Origin: a virus
DNA length: 64,000 nt
Direction: 5' to 3' (one strand)
IMG/VR virus record: IMGVR_UViG_3300025892_000009
Made by a program: the position numbers and the translations under genes
The notes under the pieces: model-generated
Told to the model about the DNA's origin: nothing
Seen by the model: only the letters and a program-made list of their open reading frames with translations
Database searches by the model: none
Shown: positions 48,901 through 54,784 of the stretch, one piece after another
How positions within the stretch are numbered: the stretch's first letter is position 1
How the letters are laid out: every line of letters begins with the position of its first letter

Positions 48901-51472
48901 ATTTTTCTTTGTACTGAACTTGCTCTGTATCATTAATACGAATTGTGCCATTTCTGGATGGCCATCCAATCGTAGAGTCAACAGTAATAATTTGCTCTGT
49001 AGTGCTCAAAGGCTCAACTAGAGTAGTCTTGTATGGAATTTTGAAATCTCCCAGTAGAGTCTCTTCGGAGATTGCCAATTCGTAGATAGTATCAGTACCT
49101 TCAATAATAGTAATAACATTTTCAATTAGAGCCGAAGCTCCTTTAATATTTTGGTCAACATCATCAGCATATTGATTCAATTCTGAATCAATTAGATTTT
49201 TGGGATCTCCTTCGATTAATTCGGCACGTAGAATTGTATCAACGGTCCAAGTTGCAGCAGAAGGACTGATAATCTCATCTTTCGGATAGAAAATATCAAT
49301 TTCCTCACCAAACAAGATCTTAAACAGATATTGAGTTGCAAATTTGGTGCCCTTAGAAACATAAAAATCTCTAATTGATTTAATTACTTGTACTGGATTG
49401 ATCTTTGCAAAATCAATATCAATAGTAGGTAAGTATTGGCGTCTAAACTTATCAAACACTTCCCTCAGGAAAAGTGAGTCTAGATTAACAACTAAAGAAT
49501 CACTGGGGTGAGAAGACAATCTCAGTTGTGATTCTTTAGCAAAAATTTCATTATGCAGTTGATCATATCCAACTGGACCCGATACACCTCGGGAAACTCC
49601 CAATAATGCTGAAGGGGAATAATCTTGTCCAGATTCGATAATATCAAAACCTGTTACTTCATCGAAACCAACATCTACAGAAGATCTGGCAGCACGAGGT
49701 TCTGCAATATAAACCTTAGGTGGAAACTCCGCAGAATAACCAGATCCAAAGTTTACAACATTGATGTCTGTAATTCTCCCATTGAAGATAGTAGCAACTG
49801 CTTCAGCACCAGTGCCACCAATTGGTTCACCATAAGCATCTTTACGATCATCGACAATATAAACCGAAGGTGCATCTGTATAACCATTGCCACCTACTAA
49901 CATTTCAATGTTAGTGACAGATCCCGATGCAACGGTCACGTCAAGCACCTGTGCGCCCACAGGTTGAATGATACGCACTCTTGGGGGTGTAGTATACCCT
50001 CTACCCCTATTAGTGATCAGGATCTCATATACCTGACCATCTTGGTTAATTCTTGCAGTTGCTGCAGCGTTAATTCCACCATCTGGTGCATTGTCAATAT
50101 AGACTATGGGTGGATTTGAATATCCAGATCCCATATTTGTGACGGGAATGCTACTGAGATTTAATCTACCCTCAGAGTCAATAGTTGGACTCCCAATCGT
50201 AGCACCTGTTGGGTTGTTAAAAGTGATTGCAGGAATAAAATCATAACCACTACCAGAATTTTCAATAATGATAGAAGATACTTGACCTGTAGTATCATCA
50301 ACTGTAAGTGACAATTTTGCTTGAGTGCCACCAGTATTTGTAGGGGGAGCGATAACGGGGATTGGTGGATTATATGAAGAATATCCTTGACCGCCGTCAA
50401 TAAGACGAATATCCTTAATACCACCAATTAGAGACCTTGCTGTGGCTTCTTGACCATTACTTGCATTGATGGTGACTCTTGGATTGAAATTTAGACGATA
50501 ACCACTGCCACCACTTTTGGAGATAATCCGATTAATGCTTCCATCGGATCTAACTTGACAGACTGTAGTAGCACCCGATCCATAAGCAGGGGCAATATAT
50601 TCTACAGAGCGAATTTCAATAGTATCAGCAGCACCAATTAAAGTATCAAAGATGACACTATCTTCAAATACAGAATAATCTTCATATGGGGTAAGTTTAG
50701 TCCCATTACGATTAATGATTAAACCGATGTCTGAGGTGGGGATATATGGCGCTGTATCGAGTCTTAATGGATACTTATAGGTATTCTGCCATTCGATGAA
50801 AGGAATGGCATCTAGAGTCTCAATAGTTTGGTTTGCATATCCAACCAGATATACGAGTTGAGTAAATTCGGAGTTATCGACACCCAATCTTGCTCTAGGT
50901 GGAGAAGTAAATCGAATGGTATTGCCGTCAACAACATAATCAATACCAGGACGGTTAAAATAATTGTAAGTAATTACAATAAGATGATCTGCACTAGTTG
51001 GTGCTACAGGATTCCCCAGAAATTTTAACGGGAAGACCGTTCGCACACCATCAAACAGTAGAAATGGATTTTCAAGTTGTTGCTTTTTCTTATCAAACTG
51101 ATCGAGAGATACCCCTGGCGTTAAAATGGCATCAGGTCCACGAGTCGTAGACTCATAGTACATGACTTCACTATTGATCAGGACTGATCCATTTGTATCT
51201 AAGAATCCATCAATAGATTCTACTTCTAGTTTATTATCGTCTAATCCAACATCTTGCAACAAATTTGTCTGACTCGACAACATATTCGTGTCGTAAGAGT
51301 CTAGATCAAAATAAGTGAGAAGATTATTTAAAATATCGTAAGGTCTTCCACTTTTCTCTTGAGATTTGTAATACTCAAATAAGAAATTTACAAACTGCTT
51401 ATCTTCCTCCCTAATAAATTCTGGGAGTTGACCTTCGACGCGATCAGATACGTTGATATTTTTGTTTAGCAT
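30926..51472 (-). CDS. g7: Giant multidomain baseplate wedge initiator (gp7-like), 6848 aa
   Basis: Directly follows g6. N-terminal LPEFIREED...FLFEYYKSQE and IKSIRDFYVSKGT. Contains GSGY repeats, a YHYH-like domain, a beta-propeller-like region, LamG-like domains, CBM-like repeats, helical CxRD repeats and a C-terminal Ig-like domain. The g7 assignment rests mainly on position and N-terminal motifs. Confidence 0.75.
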   Translation of the reverse strand: MLNKNINVSDRVEGQLPEFIREEDKQFVNFLFEYYKSQEKSGRPYDILNNLLTYFDLDSYDTNMLSSQTNLLQDVGLDDNKLEVESIDGFLDTNGSVLINSEVMYYESTTRGPDAILTPGVSLDQFDKKKQQLENPFLLFDGVRTVFPLKFLGNPVAPTSADHLIVITYNYFNRPGIDYVVDGNTIRFTSPPRARLGVDNSEFTQLVYLVGYANQTIETLDAIPFIEWQNTYKYPLRLDTAPYIPTSDIGLIINRNGTKLTPYEDYSVFEDSVIFDTLIGAADTIEIRSVEYIAPAYGSGATTVCQVRSDGSINRIISKSGGSGYRLNFNPRVTINASNGQEATARSLIGGIKDIRLIDGGQGYSSYNPPIPVIAPPTNTGGTQAKLSLTVDDTTGQVSSIIIENSGSGYDFIPAITFNNPTGATIGSPTIDSEGRLNLSSIPVTNMGSGYSNPPIVYIDNAPDGGINAAATARINQDGQVYEILITNRGRGYTTPPRVRIIQPVGAQVLDVTVASGSVTNIEMLVGGNGYTDAPSVYIVDDRKDAYGEPIGGTGAEAVATIFNGRITDINVVNFGSGYSAEFPPKVYIAEPRAARSSVDVGFDEVTGFDIIESGQDYSPSALLGVSRGVSGPVGYDQLHNEIFAKESQLRLSSHPSDSLVVNLDSLFLREVFDKFRRQYLPTIDIDFAKINPVQVIKSIRDFYVSKGTKFATQYLFKILFGEEIDIFYPKDEIISPSAATWTVDTILRAELIEGDPKNLIDSELNQYADDVDQNIKGASALIENVITIIEGTDTIYELAISEETLLGDFKIPYKTTLVEPLSTTEQIITVDSTIGWPSRNGTIRINDTEQVQYKEKSLNQFIECTRSQNGIVEDWDPGTTVQSDIFVYVNRNTSTECKLRILGIAEAGTTVLDNTGSYYIAGDKLKVANLGSTDDDKKLDSWLYNVKKLIQVSRIESGGVNNQTATVYCENPHGLLVGDTVTIYGANPVVYNGSFIVTSRIDTLVFSYQLVTPTEIIPQGNILLSVDLNRGKSNQNSINSVINQFTTNIQNSFFNDEYVYIAASGLPNYKIGPFSESALIPGNQRKLLRFPRSVQTISERKDTPNNSPIGAWINGVSIWSYKSSESVTFGPLTSISVTNVGVNYDAGTKPNLEITGGGGSGATGEVVVNGSLTSFTVTNQGSGYEESPLVSIVGGNGSGATAQAVITGGRVTRILVDQPGSGYSAQPSVSITGGGGLGAEATANVRGPISSVSVTNFGSGYTSLPKVRVNSGEGALAQPIVLNGRIVSIAIINSGSGYTTAPEVIINGDGFGALAQATIGTTGEDKGRVLSITITNRGIGYTQGNTTVRLRSIGELATFSPEVFQWSRNLQYDLEDNFDFARGYVFTGYNNQFGGEYAHLSDPKELRYVVGDNVFLDPVTTQFRELESNFLHSPIIGWAFDGNPIYGPYAYSDPTDQNSGIRRLRTSYGLKTNVVYDLDTNPNPSRVDGPAIATYPAGSFVEDYTYVFQQGDLDTYNGRFCKTPEYPDGTYAYFITIDASDAGIAEFPYIIGPQFNSSPDAWNSSQQATQENIPTGVVRYRDPYVNVDIDIDRQPNQEADTLTTEIEGYPIIFEIQDSNNDGLIDATEQTEILEMSEEATLQIYDYFPQVSAESRVDIEVETTTQFENAQIDGFVIENPGVSYQVNDTVFFDNTDTGGFGASAIIESVKGQTILGYSKEMIGDRPYGVITTSVEHELRQQDQLIVNSRPIIDNTNKLFKVKVVAGIERIAVQQEGVGYNVDIPPTFELIAADGQDASLRLNLLNTGQILSADIINSGNGYDPENPPQIRVSHPQQYKKTRYWIADYLEATSQLTVNDIVQTSDRYTYICGKIIESDADEAAFLAKFDDLGALIWDRTLIPLNANQKRSEFIKMHVDESEENDLIYVTGQTKTPDNDSYNPDIWIGLYKSGFNNANEADGILQWQQSIAGISGSTRRDYVNSIALDQEKRIYLAGYTDSNSPDPFDMWIVQLNAEGDLSEKRKIASLDGSEKLTQIKWISDDRFLFIGENEENNDCIFGVFFFDGANIEIDYIRQIPVIGGYARDPQMAFDEYGDAVIVWNVFNNAASKFDRIQVSKFPYATANTGWEWTKTLSVSGDFQSIKHAGITVDIFGNYTVVCDVVEAQDSRYALIEYLKYDGTRITETKVSDSGNIGFHAKSHVVDNSGDCIIAADRMQSDQIASFRFNTTNLSEDFSKQDLGTIVYGDIAQTFHDTAIYKFGSGSLRLDAVAPIAYTNYAKSTTEWSVRAWFAMNTTSHSANAHEPVFFDVNPLSGGVPVRFTVDGDSTSGNYERVVLYVNGVEAAISTTTTNWTTFAAAAWIHVTFQKRQESLGLYRYEVYINGVQQISYQSTDDISLDDVVVAGPQSSPTTANCFLGHIDDFVIDDIAPHTGVSYTVPTEEIAVTSDTSDIVLIKFDRLQTNKGNNYALTNVRNHSQFEFADAATSTVWTNLNMPALSEWVVGPGGLQILDMSQTAATLNPGTYTFTSEKDQFASKTSTVPSPLGKKLTITAEAIKKFYFRDALYQKVDNVKTFTFNQKVVLTKGSILQQFNSSGITTAYGTIVSVPEGTLTQPGLGTTYSVGKIFGTFNDTDRFRTTANDVNEIAGEYFDTQEEESPWEANTAYASGDRVYYAKRIYEAQGAGTSGTIPPTHNNGVVSDGVINWSFLDDAGKFTVDLTQHPFPRPQYLNLDMPEWLSHRLYAVGQRVWYRLNVYEVTVAGVTTGTPPTHTTGAVSDGTVTWTFVETKEAIGNYSRLLPYDQGDHYRVRIEEIHPGSSFIPGDVVSLNTNNITLASDEKSVEISGFASVKKIRVTAQLEMDIIRTGGEARTEFVYCTSNSPHFFKESEIIYTEGFQGDQFNGSFFIDQVLGTREFTFAIRSNAVSDPTFVSNSIANVNIYAKHPTLIFTRDHKYLFDMSDVSNFGYYLSFSQDNQYKLEYSFNNIVREGTPGIQSAGSTAPYVQFSVIGDVTNISYYFDPSRIGADSPVGETSFVDIITTPYQGTFTISEIVDDYNFKFPLLREPENTSAEVITDEFDNPYSFYSTTSTRAIGSINTIKLVSPGGFYQKLPIISDIASFRQIEKIIINDGGTEYATGVYYDVEIDGNGEGAKCTVTVELDDEVGSGTITNITVTDPGKGYTEATLDIDAIPGILGSTLAGSGASASVIIPSEGSGASVFLTGKNIGKIKRLKNNEFGFGYSHDYTLRPEITFPVNLQLFNTSILSEIQITNPGSGYTSTPAVVIEGGGGSGAEATAIVKNNRLSEIVIKSPGAGYSSEPKVQLKSEFNYVVNLDLNYLQFNFPHGITTGAAIQFRAEDVGSSVGELPKPSSAGLTTLVAGQTYYAIAGNANSLESDQIRFGLTLQSAQAGDYITFLTQGNGRQVLLTEIFGGAATAIVETSRFLEGETVYQGINFEQSSATGVVSTNTGWQIGPKILKIVDYTGDWVEGETVTGTISKASGVIDNLSIARGVLNIGSLTRTPGRFIDDVGKPSEIVQKIQDSFFYQNFSYVIKSEIPISDWKTQVLENNHAAGFALFGQLQITGGKDVSGRKIGTEFTKQVNINNYSNVNQITSFGAAQPIYTEYNNTEVLFRKRRLTSSEEILTSIVKKLDTISPLFNGIDKSFPITVEGEQVIVNQNQLMITLNGVIQAPGDSYQVVGGNLVFSEAPKPASKVNYRILEVTPTQIYRINLYSGQAGIANYGIFPTLGQQIQGVNSDAVATVIDSGTNHIDVINIVGGPFNINEEIQRTTLFSALVQSVTALNTNTIFEFGEAITNLEGDTAIIEETNIDDEGVISDRLVISKTSGTAEYETGILNLRLNEFIYSASSGIAGQITFIGPYRDPVTDDVVTELEINPGSTFYGLLFERLVSITNPNVILDNISQSSITPTALYDDSKRINDDFLDFEEVRTTEVVYTQLSNGTLAQGDSIQNRRIYYGNPVSAYHGTAGSRFYDASNRIKDNKQELIDFAEAEIAVDHPDFYFPGDAITNSWSRFADGHRFIQKNKEYIAAKTYDDMIAEYPSLVVPDAAKCKRDLKKFIDAISVDTFRGGNVYSRKFIQQYFDSTGALVYVDTESVETKWAYEKAKDYMLLSITNNLSGSYSQVNGPDAGTSYDAYQDLTITADPSPNDPYGTAGSNVDNTDTENCEDVQAAIVTLWEIIDDAMTSGTLSELPDESLGTYTPNEIKCRRDIGLFIDAISNDVATGGNFNTVTFTRSYFDTAGAPIANGLVGETAESITAFEKVRDLAYLAINNLLYGKDLEILNDPASYGGTAPGFTYDANYANGSNQLATNCADVQSYISTLTDIATVSINAGNLTNVNALASITDGTFQSGETIRTIKLGYKDKSSGLFTINDQIRGVTSGTTFQAIGSNSGLKVIFADELSGTMVDGEYLTNSTLANQNNCTLSVVKKSPRLSGTKCIVIPAAGYLTATDSFEYAFGATDDFTIEGWWRANGVTGTQTLIDMRRLSATFGLRMVMDGSTLRVYNGTTQLISGGTIIVDGWYHIALVRTSNTLQLYVNGAQVGSNYTDTNDYIYTKVTIGADFNAANGFDGYLDNFYIDNKVAKYSAPFVAPTQVDYNNLNIVLGLDGEDPFILSTTETYATFTGILTSSATAKEINYVDKTIVIKDVDLGRKDQRDAARIIELNDAWIADEAVGRMKAQFPDFIMPGDDPANNSYGGTTYCLRDTKDYIIGAIVKDLREGGTYHTLYTARTYLTKGGELNYIGKEVLQTLFTWDSVGDIINDVITTTSTDLSGVYSQRLRIPNNFSSPASNAIQTEIRVLIDNLLQVIAPTDQGFKDSGVMIWKNRDYIAEETAGYINAKYTRTLDGNPQQFLVYPGGGQSACEDDIKTHILPGVIADLVTGGTYNIKNVIDNYLDSQDNILHVEHELNPMLDAFEYAKYLCIKALNNLLMSPGSAVAELGVPAWAQDDYYSPLYTTRAAYRDNTITIDPQAWPQATRNSNDRFIDAVNRIKENQNVIAMEAVAIMNDLSKYGTMQVPGGHVNCEDDVKDTINAVIHDLLHDCNEKTYDAAALYIETENNSLKHIEKEWEASVTVYKIVRDLCLSTMRNAFGRDYIEGNTPESTPVQSYEQNPFTTDYRDTAESIDGNIRYIAEQAVALGEAQYPSLSINGGIRGGDIFDVTAATHDPATGVSVLTIGTHTLVAGNRVTIQPESIGFSCTQDQNATTKYYPRPGDDNYNKSIAITSVTADTITVSVAASPAWAQGYVHTFVDAKKGAVVSNGVIDCVHDVTDILRSLVFNLQYGGENWMQYATEFYVNSAGTLDHITAQATESIWILEKARDLVKRAMKDQLIANTAAYGVGQRFFDATAKPSNQLRPHDITDGLDNSVFNNVLTRSFASGTVNINNSANSATGMTSNEDFVCECTTVLPSNPVDGVLFEGGGSTIGTFLGFRDSGTYLRLRAGAGGNTYAGGASYTSDTGLAMLDIPVADLVTAGVMDGNAHTITWEVRIGGNQATGAGRVRLWIDNEIQGTAYTPGGGDGGGVGSVIGLGSGGGVWSDGNDGGFGATAGNVPSGEPTASWQYAITGNLEYYRGRVVDPDYTGTETSEIEARIDTLMAIVTGGITNPSGVATNSYSLPYIWPVKYSPENVIRDLTITYDTSNGGSEADSTWNQVCPQVASSIDTLFGMVISTITEAAVNNVNYLTGSVTKTTASTGNTNYQAGTCHNEVSAVDTLFDIMSNTLGAGANTDKGIADILLFNHAAIVARVVDDVTATYATTNLTSDFPDAVLKALRYDMITGGNAGAFRLAQTWFDGEGNFIAFTDVIRSHLIYALTRIREFSKSALYQLETDPGWDSYITYSPEERIDYFQEATEFIMDSSMNPLEFALERSAFPTEASVTFVASTDAQNLSTTYEMGEDYNTDPSLVSLTPLVDVGFDRAEYRIRINRGNYFRRGDVLSYIPASENSLTGLSGQSYFYVLSATGTWFEIGAHYIHDGRFRLLEVDTTNVGSQLFSVVRRSGITRDVTVYPSDPSDTPIQGGFNPADVLYGSTSEASSEVSRIQLNSANIFKIYKNFPVTNVSQTLGTYDRFTNGEQVVVQGATANNGYVLQTVDPDNDGNSFVKLMTVAGTINDGDIIEGVDSGTTATAGTSDDRFLMDLEIGDFAAGDWLFASESSAEAYAESYVNKSGALISNQGGRISMDVETIQNSWNPGDIVYGSVTDYILDVKGISGTAIQLNQYLHGTNVYELNLGIAIIDTGVSDTFRVGDEVSLLQGTTEKNPGFRATVTQYINGTNLDPSDPNYGIHKLWIANPVDVGTGAPVSELTNSSNNIGKIDIGSNFPTIYANVTSVVDTGYTSYGRVVYIDQQGITARIHIENAVGLFVDNMTIKSDYGWGGAVSSARVLEGRVERYFRGFDGVQTTFDITIANGEQYFPDPAGHLLLWVNGVLQPPGATNSYVAFSDKIAFSEAPDIGSEFIGYYVGKLRQLDDISFEFDSLRSSFNLKRDGLFYSLTLTEGVSSNVIRPENNIIVSLNGIIQEPGVAYEIVGSRIIFSEVPRAGSTYVGFSYIGSDADVVAATVVPPIETGDKLVIEGEEFQREVALIESSNSLITFEYTGSVKGRNADALANVTSGEVTTAGLTAPGDGYTSIPNVDVISSTGFDARIVAQLGIANMVVKTPGVGYSQASIAIDNEVPDDFVNPEGTPVNGGFDILAGEGSEYTGGSTITPGAISITQDPVNVTVNQNTTASFTVVATVSNSETLNYQWQKKDYGIQTWSNIIGANQAVYDTGNTVQSDDGDEYRVAITAAGATPVYSLSAILSVQTGATVISNFNPATIFDDN

Positions 51473-51476
51473 CTAT

Positions 51477-53687
51477 CTAGAAACAACCGTCTGGCACTGG
51501 ATACGTGAACGAATCCACTGGGTAATCAATGATATTTATACCTCCCACAGCACCGAAATTATAACCACTAAAGTTATTAGGATCGAAGTTTGGAATGGGA
51601 ATACTTTGTGTTGTAAAATCAATTGGATTGACTGTGGGATTGAAAATTGCGGGATCGACTCCAGGTGGAATTACAATAGATCCACCAAATGGCACAACTT
51701 GAATAGGCAGTCTTGTGCTATTATCTGGAGTATCCGAAATTGATAAAGGTCCAACACAAACCTTACCTGTGCCATAATCTACAGTACCCACAGTAGGATT
51801 CAATATAAGTTCAGTTTCATCTCTCTTAGTAATCAACATAAGGTTGCCTTTTCCATCATCTCTAATATTCACAGGAACTAAGACTTCAGTGGATACATTT
51901 GAATTAAGGGCTGGAGTAATAATTTGTGCCCCTGTAGACTCATCTAATGCAAGATTTACTAGATCTTCAGAGTATCCAGTTGCATAGAAAGTACCTGATT
52001 TTACTACTGAGAATGATGGAGAGCATTTGCCGTCTCCTCCATCGCCACCGCCACCGCCGTTTCCGCCGCCGCCATCACCACCGTTTCCGCCGCCGTCACC
52101 GTTTCCGCCGTCACCGTTTCCGCCGCCGCCGTTATTACCTCCGTTATTACCTCCGCCGTTATTGCCGTCAGGTGCTGTCCCTGCAAAGTCGTTTGGATCG
52201 TAAATTGGGTTACCAAAATCAAGACATTGAGTAAATACACCGCCAAATGTAAATTGATCTAAATTTTGACCTAAAGTAAGTTGAGTAACACTACCAGAGA
52301 TAGAACTATCACTATTATCAATCATAGATCCAAATTTAGATCCATCAATACGATTATTGAATCTATTTGTTTGACCAGACTTGTTGTATTGGTCCATAGA
52401 TTGCAAAACTGTCGTGGCTAGAGCCGATCCAGTTTTATTTGTAGAATTTCCATCATAGTAAACATATGATTTTGGAATAATGTAGAAGGAAGTTGGATCA
52501 ACAATGATTGGATCAATAGATGCTACAGAATATTTCTTTAAATTATTTTTAATACGAGCTTTTGTGCTTGCATTTAGTTTATTTCCCGTTTTGGGTCGAA
52601 TTGCAATATAGACTTTTCCGTAAACTGGTGGGGAAAGACTTTCTCCACCATATGCAGTCACAGATGCTGCTTGTGGATAGATTTCTGAGACAATATTCTC
52701 ATAATCATTAACAGTTACTGCACGATTCTGTGTAGCATATGCTCTTGGGGCTCTAAACTTAACAGAAAGACCACTTTCCCGATTTTCACCTTGCTGTGCA
52801 GATTCTTTAACTGTCAATGCAATACTATTACTTGCAACACTGCGCCCATCACTGTCAACAATGTTACCAATGAATGAAAATTCCTTAGCTCCGTTGGCAT
52901 CCTCACCATCAGTTTGGACATATGACAGTTTGATGTACTCTCCATCAATTAATTTACGCCCCAATACACCATCACCAAAGATAATGCGGTATCTGAGATC
53001 ATCAGTTTCTTCCAAATAGTAAATACGGGAAGTTGATGTTATGGCAGTAACATTTTTTACTAAATTATAAGTATCAGTTTCGGAGGATTGTGCATTTGGT
53101 GAGATATCAACCGTAAGAAGATCAGTATCTACGTTTTCTGCAGGAATAACATAATCTGATTTTTTGGTGTAGTCAACAGTGTAATTAAATGTTAGTAGGT
53201 TTCCTTGATATACTTGCACATTATCAAACATTGCCATCCCGCTAGATTTATCTACAGGCACTGTAATGTCTGAAGTGAGTGTAAATGTATATGAATCTAG
53301 CGCATTCTGTGCGACAAATACATCTCCTTTGGATAAAGTCGCAAATTCTGGATATGTAATGCCATTCAAACCTAAAGAAGTCTGCACCATCAGCAATAAA
53401 CACGCTTTAGGTGCTTTAATCGACCTAGGAGTGTAATTTAATTGCTTTGCAATGCGGACAATATTGTCTCGGACAGTTGCAGTTTCTAAAAATGACTCAT
53501 TGAGAGCCATATTTGCGTTAAATGCTGTATAATATGTGTTATATGCAAGGACATCGATCAAATATGATGCGCTACTTCCCTCAAAATCGTAATCTGTAAA
53601 CTCAGAGCGAGTTCTAAGATAAGATTTGATGGATTCTTTAATCTCAAAGAAGTCCAGAGACGTAAGTTGGGAGGGAATTGCTGACAT
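51477..53687 (-). CDS. g6: Baseplate wedge subunit gp6
   Basis: LDFFEIKESIKSYLR, FTDYDFEGS, YNTYYTAFNANM, FGDGVLG and APRAYATQNRAVTVNDYE. Confidence 0.96.
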   Translation of the reverse strand: MSAIPSQLTSLDFFEIKESIKSYLRTRSEFTDYDFEGSSASYLIDVLAYNTYYTAFNANMALNESFLETATVRDNIVRIAKQLNYTPRSIKAPKACLLLMVQTSLGLNGITYPEFATLSKGDVFVAQNALDSYTFTLTSDITVPVDKSSGMAMFDNVQVYQGNLLTFNYTVDYTKKSDYVIPAENVDTDLLTVDISPNAQSSETDTYNLVKNVTAITSTSRIYYLEETDDLRYRIIFGDGVLGRKLIDGEYIKLSYVQTDGEDANGAKEFSFIGNIVDSDGRSVASNSIALTVKESAQQGENRESGLSVKFRAPRAYATQNRAVTVNDYENIVSEIYPQAASVTAYGGESLSPPVYGKVYIAIRPKTGNKLNASTKARIKNNLKKYSVASIDPIIVDPTSFYIIPKSYVYYDGNSTNKTGSALATTVLQSMDQYNKSGQTNRFNNRIDGSKFGSMIDNSDSSISGSVTQLTLGQNLDQFTFGGVFTQCLDFGNPIYDPNDFAGTAPDGNNGGGNNGGNNGGGGNGDGGNGDGGGNGGDGGGGNGGGGGDGGDGKCSPSFSVVKSGTFYATGYSEDLVNLALDESTGAQIITPALNSNVSTEVLVPVNIRDDGKGNLMLITKRDETELILNPTVGTVDYGTGKVCVGPLSISDTPDNSTRLPIQVVPFGGSIVIPPGVDPAIFNPTVNPIDFTTQSIPIPNFDPNNFSGYNFGAVGGINIIDYPVDSFTYPVPDGCF
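51533..51540 (-). promoter_or_regulatory. T4 late promoter (perfect TATAAATA) within the 3' end of g6, serving g7
   Basis: TATAAATA 60 nt upstream of the g7-like ATG. Confidence 0.6.
52030..52170 (-). repeat. GC-rich imperfect tandem repeat encoding a Gly/Asn/Asp linker in gp6
   Basis: Plus-strand units ccgtttccgccg (4x) and ccgttatt (3x). Encodes DGNNGGGNNGGNNGGGGNGDGGNGDGGGNGGDGGGGNGGGGGDGGDG. Confidence 0.9.
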
Positions 53688-53688
53688 T

Positions 53689-54108
53689 TTATGCCTTCTC
53701 TAAGAGAAAATCGATAGTTTGGGTAATTTGCTCGCCTATAATCGTATAATCAATAGAAACTGCTAATGAATTTAAATCTCCATCAGCATCATCGCGCACA
53801 TCCACTTTTGAAACTACAATTCGTGGCTCTAATCGCGACAAACAATTCGTAATTTCATTTTTAATTGCATCTGCACTGAATACATCCCAATTTTCAAATA
53901 AAAGTCCTTTCACTTGAGACCCAATAGTGGGTTGAAAGAACCTTTCCCCAGTGATTGTTAGAAGTAAATTTCTAACAGACTGTTTTATGGCGTTTTCATT
54001 TTTTACGACACCAAAATCGCCAGTAGAGGGATTAGCAATAAATGATACTGCTAAATCTTTAAACCCTCTACTGACGTATTTTTCAGATCTAAATCTGTAA
54101 GATGCCAT
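53689..54108 (-). CDS. g25: Baseplate wedge subunit gp25
   Basis: FKDL...NENAIKQSVRNLLLTITGERFFQPTIGS and RLEPRI motifs. Confidence 0.95.
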   Translation of the reverse strand: MASYRFRSEKYVSRGFKDLAVSFIANPSTGDFGVVKNENAIKQSVRNLLLTITGERFFQPTIGSQVKGLLFENWDVFSADAIKNEITNCLSRLEPRIVVSKVDVRDDADGDLNSLAVSIDYTIIGEQITQTIDFLLEKA

Positions 54109-54240
54109 TTAAGACTTTTTAGTTGTTTTCTTTGCAAGCGGTTTAGCTTGTTTCAGATATTTATCACTCTTAACATCAGTTATGAGCGTCATTCCCGAGT
54201 CTTGAAATTCGGAAGATTGATCTACTGTAGATTTTCCCAT
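54109..54240 (-). CDS. 43-aa hypothetical protein
   Basis: Hand translation MGKSTVDQSSEFQDSGMTLITDVKSDKYLKQAKPLAKKTTKKS. Stop abuts the g25 ATG, and AATAAATA lies upstream. Confidence 0.75.
   Translation of the reverse strand: MGKSTVDQSSEFQDSGMTLITDVKSDKYLKQAKPLAKKTTKKS
54158..54165 (-). promoter_or_regulatory. Late promoter GATAAATA upstream of g25
   Basis: NATAAATA match 49 nt upstream of the g25 ATG. Confidence 0.45.
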
Positions 54241-54259
54241 GTTCTTTACTCGTTACATT

Positions 54260-54784
54260 TTATTTATTCCATTCCCAATGGTTGTTTGGTTGCTCCCACC
54301 AGTAATGTAGATCTTCTTTCTTGTCATCGTAGTACTTACCTACGATATCAGATTGAAATTTACTGTGAATATTTTCACAAAGTGCTACTGTATAGTAGTT
54401 TTCATGCATGAAAGTATTCATTATCCTGGAAATCCAGGTATAAGTACCTCCACGAATCACTCCTGCCTCAATAAGGACAAAGTTTTCCCAGTCTAAAACC
54501 CATTCTGCAAAGTTAAGACTGAAGTCCAATTCATATTTCTTTGAATTTTCGTCTGGAAAGGGCACATTTACTGCTTCAATGTGATAAATTTCTCTATCAA
54601 CAGTTAGACCATGACTCAAATGTTGAGTTACAATACTAGAATAGTCGGGAGAGACACATAAAAAGCAAGTTTTTTGTGGATGTATGTCAAAATCTGACAT
54701 TTTGATCTTATAAATGACCTCTTGGATAAGAGCCATTTCTTGATCTTGACTAATAAACAAGAGATCCTTCATAATTATTCCCAA
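54260..54784 (-). CDS. Phosphoribosyltransferase-fold-like protein
   Basis: FVLIEAGVIRGGTY resembles the PRPP-binding loop (hhhhDDhhxTGxT) with non-canonical residues. Confidence 0.55.
   Translation of the reverse strand: MGIIMKDLLFISQDQEMALIQEVIYKIKMSDFDIHPQKTCFLCVSPDYSSIVTQHLSHGLTVDREIYHIEAVNVPFPDENSKKYELDFSLNFAEWVLDWENFVLIEAGVIRGGTYTWISRIMNTFMHENYYTVALCENIHSKFQSDIVGKYYDDKKEDLHYWWEQPNNHWEWNK
54261..54268 (-). promoter_or_regulatory. Late promoter AATAAATA
   Basis: Overlaps the stop of the PRTase-like gene, 20 nt upstream of the ATG at 54240. Confidence 0.55.

Noticed and set aside
31220-51743. Overlapping ORFs within or antisense to the 6848-aa gene
   Set aside because: Same shadow-frame artefact; none shows a recognisable motif.
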